This document shows, piece after piece, positions 28,043 to 38,000 of a stretch of DNA of 64,000 nucleotides. Under the pieces are notes generated by a model, which did not search any database, was not told the origin of the DNA, and saw only the letters and a program-made list of their open reading frames with translations. Source of the stretch: Candidatus Limnocylindrales bacterium (lineage in GTDB: Bacteria; Chloroflexota; Limnocylindria; Limnocylindrales; CSP1-4). The DNA lies in NCBI GenBank assembly GCA_035717785.1, contig DASTIG010000226.1:4037-68036 (forward strand), written 5' to 3'. Each line of letters begins with the position of its first letter. Position 1 is the first letter of the stretch. The position numbers were made by a program, and so were the translations under genes.

Positions 28043-30762
28043 TCGGCGAGGTCCGCTTCGCGCGCCCGCGCACCCTCGACGACCGCCGGCGGCGCCTTGC
28101 TCACGAACGCGTCGTTGGCCAGGCGTGCGCGCGCCGCTTCGAGCCAGCCGCGTGCGTCGTCGAGCTCTCGCTGGAGGCGTGCCCGCTCCAGATCGCGGGC
28201 CGCGGGATCGGATGCGGTTTCCGGGCGGTGGGCGAGCGCCTCGAGCTCGCCAGCGATGACGGTCAGGGCACCGTCCGTCGATGCCCTCCCTTCCCCGAGC
28301 GCCTCGCGCGTGAGGCGCCGGTCGAGCGGCCGGGCGCGCGCGAGCCGCTCGATCGCGGGGCGGAGCGCCTCGAACGTCGCGCCCAGCGCCTGGGGCACGA
28401 CGACCTCGGTCGCGAGCCAATTCCCGGCCTCCACCTGCGCCTCGGCGCGCGCATTCCGCAGCCCACGCACGAGCTCGAGGATCGCGTCGACATCTCGCTC
28501 GAGCCGGTCGTCACGACCGGTCGGCGCCGGCCAGCGCGCGACGATCAGCAGGTCCGGATCGCTCGCGCGGTGCGGGATCGACCCCCACAGCGCCTCTGTC
28601 ACGAACGGCATCACAGGGTGGAGCAGTCGCAGGTATGTGTCGAGCGCCTCGACCAGCGCCCACCACGTCGCCTCGCGTTCCGCGGCTGTCGACGATCCGT
28701 CGGCGAGGCGGACCTTTGCGAGCTCCACGCCCCAGTCGCAGAACTCGTTCCAGATCGCGTCGTAGAGGAGCCGCGTCACCTCCCCGAAGGCGTAGCCGGC
28801 CATGGCGGCGTCGACCGCCTCGACCGTCGCGCTGGCGCGCGACAGGATCCAGCGCTCGGCAGGCCCCAGGTCGGCTTCCGACGGCAGGCGCCGCTCGGCC
28901 CCCGACGGGATGGTCTCCGGGCGGGCGCCGATCACGAAGCGCGTCGCGTTCCACAGCTTGTTGGCGAAGTTGCGCGCGTTCTCGAGCTTGGTGCGGCCGA
29001 ACCGCTGATCCTGCCCGGGCGCCGTGCCATGGATGACGGCGAACCGGAGGGCATCGGCACCGGTCTCGTCGATGACCCCGAGCGGATCGACGACATTGCC
29101 CTTCGTCTTCGACATCTTCTGGCCTTCCGGGTCGCGGATCAGGCCCGAGAGGTAGATCGTGTGGAAGGGCTCCCGATCGGTCAGGTGCAGGCCGAGCATC
29201 ATCATCCGGGCGACCCAGAAGAAGATGATGTCGTAGCCGGTCTCCATGACCGACGTCGGGTAGTAGGTCCGGAAGTCCGGCGTGTCGTCCGGCCAGCCCA
29301 GGGTCGAGAAGGGCCACAGGCCCGAGCTGAACCACGTGTCGAAGATGTCCGGGTCCTGCTGGAGCTCCGCAGCCGGGCGGCCGCAGACCTGGCAGGTAGT
29401 CGGACCATCCGGATCGGACGTGACCGTGACGTGGCCGTCCGGGCAGTACCACGCCGGGATACGGTGGCCCCACCACAGCTGACGCGACACGTTCCAGTCG
29501 CGGATGTTGGTCAGCCAGTGTTCCCAGGTCTTCTCGAACCGATCGGGCACGATCCGGGTGCGCCCGGACCGGGTCGCGTCCAGCGCTCGGGTCGCGAGCG
29601 GCCCGGTGCGGATGAACCACTGCGTCTTGAGCCGCGGCTCGAGGACGTCGTTGCTGCGCTGGCAGCGGCCGAGGACCATCTCGTGCGGGCGCTCATCGGC
29701 GAGATCGCCGCGCTCCGCAAGCTCGGCCACGATCCGGCGGCGGGCCTCGTAGCGATCGAGGCCGTCCAATTGCGTCCCCGTGTTCGTGATGGTCGCGTCA
29801 TCGGCGAGGATCGTCGGCGCAGGCAGCCCGTGACGCTTGCCGGTCGCATAGTCGTCGGGGTCATGGGCCGGCGTGATCTTCACCGCGCCGGTGCCGAACG
29901 CGCGGTCGACGACGTCGTCCGCGATGATCGGCACGTCGCGCTCGACGAACGGGATCCGAGCCCGGCGTCCGACCAGGGCGCGATAACGATCGTCCTCGGG
30001 ATGGACGGCCACCGCCACGTCGCCGAGGATCGTCTCGGGGCGCGTAGTCGCCACTGTGATCGTCTCGGCCGGATCGGGTTCCCCGGTCGACTCGTCGATG
30101 AGGTGATAGCGGATCGACCAGAGGGTTCCGGTCTCCGGTGAGGACACCACCTCGAGGTCGCTGACGCTGGTCCGACAACCCGGGCACCAGTTCACCATGG
30201 CCTCGGTCCGGTACGCGAGCCCGTCGCGGTACAGCCGCTCGAAGGCGACCCGGACGGCCTTCGCCGAAACGTCATCCATCGTGTAGCGCAGCCGCCCCCA
30301 GTCGGCTGACGCCCCGACGCGTCGCTGCTGGCCGAGCATGATCGGCTTGGTCGACTCGGAGAACTCCCGCATCCGCTCGAGGTAGCGCTCGCGGCCCAGG
30401 GACTGCCGGCTCTCGCCCTCCTTCGCGAGGATCCCGTCGAGGACGAACTGGGCAGCGATGCTTGCGTGGTCGAGACCGGGCAGGAACAGCGTCGGGTGCC
30501 CGCGCATGCGGGCGTGCCGGACCATCAGGTCCTCCACCGCGGTCCGCTGGGCATGGCCCAGGTGAAGCGAACCCGTCACGTTGGGCGGTGGCTGGATGAT
30601 CGTGAAGGGGGGCAGCGCGGGGTCGGCCGTCGAGCCGGCGCCGTCCGGTGCGAAGACGTCCGCTGCCAGCCATCGGTCGTAGACCGGCCCCTCGACGTCT
30701 GTCGGTCGATAGGCCTTCGGGAGCTGGGGCTCGGCCGTGTCGGGCTCGGCCGTATCGGTCAT
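28003..30762 (-). CDS. valS: Valine--tRNA ligase
   Basis: The ATG at 30762 gives MTDTAEPD...YRPTDVEGPVYDRW. It has the HIGH-type motif PPPNVTGSLHLGHA, the KMSKS motif and a C-terminal coiled coil. Length is 919 aa. Confidence 0.95.
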   Translation of the reverse strand: MTDTAEPDTAEPQLPKAYRPTDVEGPVYDRWLAADVFAPDGAGSTADPALPPFTIIQPPPNVTGSLHLGHAQRTAVEDLMVRHARMRGHPTLFLPGLDHASIAAQFVLDGILAKEGESRQSLGRERYLERMREFSESTKPIMLGQQRRVGASADWGRLRYTMDDVSAKAVRVAFERLYRDGLAYRTEAMVNWCPGCRTSVSDLEVVSSPETGTLWSIRYHLIDESTGEPDPAETITVATTRPETILGDVAVAVHPEDDRYRALVGRRARIPFVERDVPIIADDVVDRAFGTGAVKITPAHDPDDYATGKRHGLPAPTILADDATITNTGTQLDGLDRYEARRRIVAELAERGDLADERPHEMVLGRCQRSNDVLEPRLKTQWFIRTGPLATRALDATRSGRTRIVPDRFEKTWEHWLTNIRDWNVSRQLWWGHRIPAWYCPDGHVTVTSDPDGPTTCQVCGRPAAELQQDPDIFDTWFSSGLWPFSTLGWPDDTPDFRTYYPTSVMETGYDIIFFWVARMMMLGLHLTDREPFHTIYLSGLIRDPEGQKMSKTKGNVVDPLGVIDETGADALRFAVIHGTAPGQDQRFGRTKLENARNFANKLWNATRFVIGARPETIPSGAERRLPSEADLGPAERWILSRASATVEAVDAAMAGYAFGEVTRLLYDAIWNEFCDWGVELAKVRLADGSSTAAEREATWWALVEALDTYLRLLHPVMPFVTEALWGSIPHRASDPDLLIVARWPAPTGRDDRLERDVDAILELVRGLRNARAEAQVEAGNWLATEVVVPQALGATFEALRPAIERLARARPLDRRLTREALGEGRASTDGALTVIAGELEALAHRPETASDPAARDLERARLQRELDDARGWLEAARARLANDAFVSKAPPAVVEGARAREADLADQVARLEDRLQDR

Positions 30763-30774
30763 CGCATGCCTCGT

Positions 30775-31024
30775 TCGTCTCGAAAAACAGAAACCCCGCT
30801 CGTCCAGCGGACGAACGGGTCGTGGTACCACCTGCTGGTTCGGCGCCCGGTGCGGACGCGCTCATCGCGCGGCGCATACCCGGTGCCCTCTCGACGCGGT
30901 ATCGGGCGTCAGCCGTCATGGCTCGGGAGCGACTTTCACGTCGGCCCGTACCGCGCGGCTCACACCGTCCCACGCTCGCTCGGGGCCGTCCCGACGCTAC
31001 TCCTCTCCTGTCATCGCCGTGACG
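30775..31024 (-). promoter_or_regulatory. T-box riboswitch leader of valS (probable Val GUC specifier)
   Basis: On the minus strand the conserved T-box sequence AGCAGGUGGUACCACG is the reverse complement of 30821-30836. An 11-bp terminator stem and a U-rich tract follow it directly. The upstream Stem-I-like region starts at GGAGAGGAGUAGCG and holds GAAAGUCG, with GUC as candidate specifier. The UGGU bulge fits an A73 discriminator. Confidence 0.75.
30781..30820 (-). terminator. Intrinsic terminator of the valS T-box leader
   Basis: The minus-strand RNA reads CCCGUUCGUCC-GCU-GGACGAGCGGG and is followed by GUUUCUGUUUUUCG. Confidence 0.7.
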
Positions 31025-31143
31025 GCGGCGAGTGTAGCACGGGCTCGGGCCGGGTCCGGACGGCGTCGAAGGCGACGAAGGGACCATGCGCCGCAGGACG
31101 TCTGTCGTGCTTGGGACTTGCGACGCGTGGCTAGACTCAGGGC

Positions 31144-32397
31144 GTGGACCCGTCCGCCCAGACCCTCGTCCAGCTGGTCATCCTGATCCTCGCCGGACTT
31201 CTCGTCGCCCGCGTCGCGCTCTCGATCCCCGGCTTGTTCCGGCGCAGACGCCACCCGGAGACGCGCGGGATCCTCGTCGTGGGCGTCGGCGGGGGCGGCG
31301 GCAACGCCGTCGACCGGATGGTCGATGCCGGGATCCCGGGCGTGGACTTCGTCGTGTGCAACACCGACGCCCAGGCACTCCGCGAATCCCTCGCCCCGAC
31401 CCGCATCAGGATCGGCGACGCGATCACCAACGGGCTCGGCTCCGGAGGCGACCCCGACGTGGGCCGGAAGTCGGCCGAGGAGGACGCCGAGAAGATCGGC
31501 CGGGCGCTCGCGTCCGCCGATCTCGTGTTCGTGACGGCCGGCCTGGGTGGCGGCACCGGCTCGGGGGCCGCCCCGATCGTGGCGGCCAAGGCGCGAGAAC
31601 AGGGCGCGCTGACCATTGCGGTCGTCACCAAGCCATTCGACTTCGAGGGCGCACAGCGTCGCGAGATCGCCGATGAGGCGGCCGCTCGACTGGCGTCCGA
31701 GGTGGACGCCCTGATCACGGTCTCCAACGACCGGGTCAGCGAAGTCGTCCAGGAGGACGCATCCGCCCTCGAGGCGTTCAGCGTCGTCGATGGCGTGCTG
31801 CTCCATGCCGTCCAGGGCATCGTCGACCTGCTCACGGCGCCCGGCCTCATCAATCTCGACTTCGCCGATGTGCGCGCGATCATGCGCGACACGGGACCGG
31901 CCCTGATCGGGTTGGGCCGCGGGAGTGGCGAGGACCGCGCCGTGGACGCTGCCCGTCAGGCCATCTCGAGCCCGCTCCTCGAGGCCGGCATCCAGGGCGC
32001 CCGCGGCATCCTGTTCCACGTGTCCGGGCCCGCCGACCTGAAGCTGCGCGAGGTCCGGCGGGCGGCCGACGAGATCAGGTCGATGGCCGACAGCCGCGCC
32101 AACGTGATCTTCGGGGCGAGTGTCGGCGACGTCGCCGATGGCGAGGTCATGATCACGCTCATCGCCACAGGCCTCGACGACCACCGTGCCGCGGAGCCAG
32201 TGTCACCAGCGACCCTGACCGGACGTCTCCGCCGGCAAGCCGAGCGTGTCACGCCGCACGCCCAGGCGCCGTCAGCGCGTCAGGCTGAGACGTCCGAATC
32301 ACCCGCGGTCGAGCGGCGCGCGCCGATCGCGGACGACAACCTCGAGTTGCCCACCTTCCTGCGAAAGCATCGACCGCCGTCGACCCGGACCGGCTGA
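31144..32397 (+). CDS. ftsZ: Cell-division GTPase FtsZ (start ambiguous: GTG 31144 or TTG 31234)
   Basis: It has GVGGGGGNAV, the tubulin signature GLGGGTGSGAAP, the T7 loop NLDFADV and the C-terminal peptide DDNLELPTFLRK. The longest ORF adds a hydrophobic N-terminal extension. Confidence 0.9.
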   Translation: MDPSAQTLVQLVILILAGLLVARVALSIPGLFRRRRHPETRGILVVGVGGGGGNAVDRMVDAGIPGVDFVVCNTDAQALRESLAPTRIRIGDAITNGLGSGGDPDVGRKSAEEDAEKIGRALASADLVFVTAGLGGGTGSGAAPIVAAKAREQGALTIAVVTKPFDFEGAQRREIADEAAARLASEVDALITVSNDRVSEVVQEDASALEAFSVVDGVLLHAVQGIVDLLTAPGLINLDFADVRAIMRDTGPALIGLGRGSGEDRAVDAARQAISSPLLEAGIQGARGILFHVSGPADLKLREVRRAADEIRSMADSRANVIFGASVGDVADGEVMITLIATGLDDHRAAEPVSPATLTGRLRRQAERVTPHAQAPSARQAETSESPAVERRAPIADDNLELPTFLRKHRPPSTRTG

Positions 32398-32417
32398 CGC
32401 AGAGTCGGCCGCGGCCT

Positions 32418-32431
32418 CCTGAGGCTGATCC

Positions 32432-32436
<5 letters not shown>
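32418..32436. terminator. Hairpin between convergent ftsZ and clpX (candidate bidirectional terminator)
   Basis: CCTGAGG-ctgat-CCTCAGG forms a perfect 7-bp stem. It overlaps the clpX stop codon. There is no clear U tract. Confidence 0.3.
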
Positions 32437-33742
<1,306 letters not shown>

Positions 33743-33761
33743 GTGTTCCTTGTCCTTGTCC

Positions 33762-34454
<693 letters not shown>

Positions 34455-34502
34455 CTGGGATCTCCTGGGTGATTCCGTCTGGCTGCTTGCGGATGCGGTC
34501 GC

Positions 34503-35948
34503 TCAGCCCGCCGTGGCTGGCTCGTCGACCGGTGTGCTGTCTCGGCTGTCGAGAACGGTGCCTGGGTCGGTCGCCCCGACCGCCGCGTTGGCCTGGGCCT
34601 GGCCGTCGGCGACCGCCGACCCCGGCGCGTCCTCGAGGTGTGGGAGGGGCTGATGGTCGGGGTGAGCCGCCAGCCACTCGTCGATGAGTCGCTCCACCAC
34701 TCGACTCCGGCGCAGGGTGCTCCGGATGAACGCGCGGCCGCGCTCCGACTCGAAGTACTCCTGGAGGCGCGCGTCGCCAGCGTAGCGCTCCCGTCCCTGG
34801 GCCACCTCGGCCTCGACGTCGGCGTCGGGTACCGTGAGGTTCTCGGTATCGGCGATCTTCGAGAGGACGAGCAGGGTCTTGGCCCGTCGCTCGGCATTCG
34901 GCCGGAACTCGGCGTGGAGGTCGTCGGCTGTCTTGTCGACCGCCTTGAGATAGGCCTCCTCGCTGATGCCCTGGCGCGCGAGCGAGCCCTTGAACTCGTC
35001 GTGCATGACCTCGACCTCCTGGTCGATCAGCACTTCGGGCAGCTCGACGGTCGCGTTGGCGACTGCGTATTCGATGATCCGGTCGGCGAACTGGTGGCGG
35101 GCGCGGTCGATGGCGTTGGCCTCGAGCCGTGCCTTGACGTCGGTCTTGAGCGCGTCGATCGACTCGAAGCTCCCGAGGTTGGCCAGGAAGTCCTCGTCGA
35201 GGTCCGGCAGGATCTTCTCGCGGAGCTCCTTGAGCTCGACGCTGAAGTGGGCCGCCTTGCCGGCCATCTCCGGCTCCGGGTAATCGTCCGGGAACGCGAT
35301 ATCGAATTCGGTCGTGTCACCGACCTTGCGCCCGATCAGGTTGGACTCGAAGCCCGGGATGAGGCGCTCCTGCCCGAGGATGAGCGGCATCCGCTCGGAC
35401 GTCCCGCCATCGAAGGGCTGGCCGTCGCGGGTGCCGACGAACGAGATGACCGCGTAGTCGCCGTCCTTCGCGCCACGGTCCTCGACAGCGGCCAGGGTCG
35501 CGTTCTGGTCGCGCAGCTCCTCGACGACCTGGTCGACCCGGGCGTCGTCGATCGTCTCAACCTCGGGCTTGAAGTTGAAGGCCCTGTAGTCGCCGAGCTT
35601 CACTTCGGGCCGAACCGGAACGGTTGCCTTGAAGATGAGCGGCTTGCCCTCCTCGGCCTGGACGACTTCGACGTCCGCGTTCGTCAGCGGGAGGATGTCC
35701 TCCTTGACGAGCGCCTCGCGATAGGCGTCCTGCATGAGGTGATCGACGGCCTCGTCCATGACGACGCCGGGTCCGAGGTGCCGCTCCAGGACGGGGCGCG
35801 GCGCCTTGCCCGGGCGGAAGCCGGGGATCCGGGTCCGGCGCGCGAGGGCGCGGACGGCCGCGTCGAGGGCGCGGTCGAGTCGATCCGGGGGGAGCTCGAT
35901 CTGGAGCTGGACGGTCGACTTGGGGGCGGGAGTGCGGGTGATCTGCAT
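34503..35948 (-). CDS. tig: Trigger factor
   Basis: The ATG at 35948 gives MQITRTPAPKSTVQLQIELP, followed by the ribosome-binding signature GFRPGKAPR and a PPIase middle domain. Length is 481 aa. Confidence 0.9.
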   Translation of the reverse strand: MQITRTPAPKSTVQLQIELPPDRLDRALDAAVRALARRTRIPGFRPGKAPRPVLERHLGPGVVMDEAVDHLMQDAYREALVKEDILPLTNADVEVVQAEEGKPLIFKATVPVRPEVKLGDYRAFNFKPEVETIDDARVDQVVEELRDQNATLAAVEDRGAKDGDYAVISFVGTRDGQPFDGGTSERMPLILGQERLIPGFESNLIGRKVGDTTEFDIAFPDDYPEPEMAGKAAHFSVELKELREKILPDLDEDFLANLGSFESIDALKTDVKARLEANAIDRARHQFADRIIEYAVANATVELPEVLIDQEVEVMHDEFKGSLARQGISEEAYLKAVDKTADDLHAEFRPNAERRAKTLLVLSKIADTENLTVPDADVEAEVAQGRERYAGDARLQEYFESERGRAFIRSTLRRSRVVERLIDEWLAAHPDHQPLPHLEDAPGSAVADGQAQANAAVGATDPGTVLDSRDSTPVDEPATAG

Positions 35949-36046
35949 CGATGGGGAGTATAGGGCTGGGCTCAGGGACGGTCCGGGACGCGGTTGGGCC
36001 CGGAGCGCGCGGCGCACGTCGCGCACCGTCCCCGTCCCGGTTCTGG

Positions 36047-36134
36047 TGGTAGGCGAGAGAGGGGTCGAACCTCTACGCCGCTCACGCGGCACCGGCTCCT
36101 AAGGCCGGCGCGTCTGCCATTCCGCCACTCGCCC
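36047..36134 (-). tRNA. tRNA-Leu (anticodon UAG), 88 nt with a long variable arm and encoded CCA
   Basis: Hand-folded cloverleaf: acceptor GGGCGAG/CUCGCCU, D stem GCG/CGC, anticodon stem CCGGC/GCCGG with loop CUUAGGA, T arm AGAGG-UUCGACC-CCUCU, then ACCA. Confidence 0.9.
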
Positions 36135-36365
36135 GTGACGAGGGAGTGTAGAACAGGCAGCGCCGGGGCTTGGTCCATGCCGCGGAACCGCCAGTGGTCC
36201 AACCGGCGGCGGAAACCACGCTCATCGCGCGGACGGAACGCTCCAGGTACCCGATCGATGGCTGAGCGGCGGTGCACGCCCGTTCCGGCGTCAGTTGGAA
36301 CGCTGGGTGGGCCAGCGTCGGCCGGCGGGTATCGGTGGCCGCGCCCAGCGACGCGGGGCGGAGCC

Positions 36366-37094
36366 TCAGATCCCGGTCGGCGACTCGCCCTCGCCTTCGG
36401 GCACTCCGGATCCGCGCACCCGTTCGACGCGATCCTTGGCCGCCTCGGCGGCCCGGTCGGCCCGCTCTTTCGCGGCTGCCGCGGCGCGCTCCGCCTGCTC
36501 TCGAGTGGCTTCGGCCGCGCGTTCCGCTTGCTCGCCGGTCGTCTCAGCAGCCCGTTCCGCCGAGCTGCGTGTTTCCTCGAGCCTGGCCGCCGCGCGCGCC
36601 CGCACTTCCTCGAGCCGCGTCGAAAACCCCTCAGGGCTCGGCGAGAAGAGGTATTCCACAGCCCGCTTCGTTCCCCGTTCGAGCATGGGTCGAGCGACAC
36701 CGATCAGCAGGAACGTGCGCAGAGCACGACGATCCCTCTCGGCCTTCTTCACGTACTCGGCGAAGTCTCGCTCGAGCGTGCCGCGCACCTTGTCGCCGTC
36801 GTCGCCCAGCGAATCGAGCGTCTTCTCGATCTCCTTCGGGAGCAGGCGCGTTGGCATCGGCGCGGGCTTCCCGAAGATAGCCCGCCGCGCCGCGCCGAAC
36901 AGCCGCTGTGGCCCGCGCAGCAGCACGAATGCGATCGCGCCAACGATCGCCGCGGCCTTCGCCGGGCTCTGACGGATCTTCGCCGGGATGTCCACGGCCG
37001 CACGACCCGAGGCCTCAAGGGTCTCGAGCTCGCTCGAGAACGCCGCCCGCGCCGCTAGGACCCGGTCCCGGGCGGCATCTTGCTCTGAAGCCAC
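36366..37094 (-). CDS. Hypothetical single-TM protein with C-terminal 11-mer-like EQAERAAEAT repeats
   Basis: Only the 3' 729 nt of the 857-aa track ORF look coding. The GTG at 37094 gives VASEQDAARDRV.... It has the TM segment AAAIVGAIAFVLL and the repeated tail AERAAETTGEQAERAAEATREQAERAAAAAKERADRAAEAAKDR. The start is uncertain. Confidence 0.55.
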   Translation of the reverse strand: MASEQDAARDRVLAARAAFSSELETLEASGRAAVDIPAKIRQSPAKAAAIVGAIAFVLLRGPQRLFGAARRAIFGKPAPMPTRLLPKEIEKTLDSLGDDGDKVRGTLERDFAEYVKKAERDRRALRTFLLIGVARPMLERGTKRAVEYLFSPSPEGFSTRLEEVRARAAARLEETRSSAERAAETTGEQAERAAEATREQAERAAAAAKERADRAAEAAKDRVERVRGSGVPEGEGESPTGI

Positions 37095-37966
37095 GCGAGG
37101 GTCTCCTTGCTGGTCTCGATGGTCTGGGTCGGGTAGAAGCGGGCTGTGAGGGCGTCGACGTCGATGCCCGTGCGGGCGACGTCGGCCACCATCGCAACGA
37201 TCCACACGACGTAGCCGACCGCGATCCCGATACCGGCGCCGACCTGCACGCCCAGGTCGACCGCGGAGATCGCACCCAGGACGACGCCGAGCACAAGGCC
37301 CATGACGACGGCCGGTCCGCCAGCTCCTCGGAGGGCGGCGATCACGCCGAGCAGCAGTCCGATCAGGCCGACGACGAGGACGCCGACGACCAGCGGCCGG
37401 ACCCCAGGCTCGATGCCGGGCAGGAGCGAGTCGCCGATCGAGGCGTACGCGCGATTCGGCAACGCCAGGGCCATGGCGACGCCGACGACGATCCCGACGA
37501 CAAGCCCGACGAGGAACGACCCCCCGATCCGGCCGGGGCTGATACCGACCGCTGCGAGCCCACAGGCGATGGCGATCGCGATGAAGAGCAGCAGCCCGTG
37601 GAGGACGCCCCAGCCCATCGAACCGAGCAGCCACTCCCCGACGAACAGGGACGTGCCGATCACGAGGAGGATCACGGCGAAGATCACGACCGCTATCGCG
37701 ATCCCGCCCAGCGCGGCGACCTTGGCGACCTCGCCACCGATCGCACTCGCCTCGGCCTTGGCGAGCTCGATGTGCGCGGTCGCCAGCCTGAAGGCCGCGT
37801 CGCGGGTCGAGCGGAAGGACGCGCGCAGGCCTGGCGGGGGGATGGATCGGGCGGGAGGGCGGTCGTCCAGGATGCTGCTCCGGCTCGGGGATCGGGCGGT
37901 CACGAGCGGGACCGGGGTCGGCCCGGATGATAGCAGCGTATGAATCGCAGACACCCGACCCGACAC
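37055..37966 (-). CDS. Polytopic membrane protein with a holin-X-like (phage holin family 3) N-terminal module
   Basis: RLATAHIELAKAEASAIGGEVAKVAALGGIAIAVVIFAVILLVIG resembles actinobacterial holin-X proteins. Several Gly/Val-rich TM helices follow. The start is ambiguous (GTG 37966, 37954 or 37903). Confidence 0.6.
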   Translation of the reverse strand: MSGRVSAIHTLLSSGPTPVPLVTARSPSRSSILDDRPPARSIPPPGLRASFRSTRDAAFRLATAHIELAKAEASAIGGEVAKVAALGGIAIAVVIFAVILLVIGTSLFVGEWLLGSMGWGVLHGLLLFIAIAIACGLAAVGISPGRIGGSFLVGLVVGIVVGVAMALALPNRAYASIGDSLLPGIEPGVRPLVVGVLVVGLIGLLLGVIAALRGAGGPAVVMGLVLGVVLGAISAVDLGVQVGAGIGIAVGYVVWIVAMVADVARTGIDVDALTARFYPTQTIETSKETLAWLQSKMPPGTGS

Positions 37967-38000
37967 CCTGCGCGCCTCGCGGGACCGTTACGCTGCATCG

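Noticed and set aside
36047-37966. Integrated phage or island at tRNA-Leu, suggested by the 'holin' label; similarly the 'excisionase' HTH at 16462
   Set aside because: No integrase, recombinase, capsid or tail genes were seen, and no direct repeat of the tRNA 3' end. Both families are common chromosomal genes in high-GC Gram-positive bacteria.
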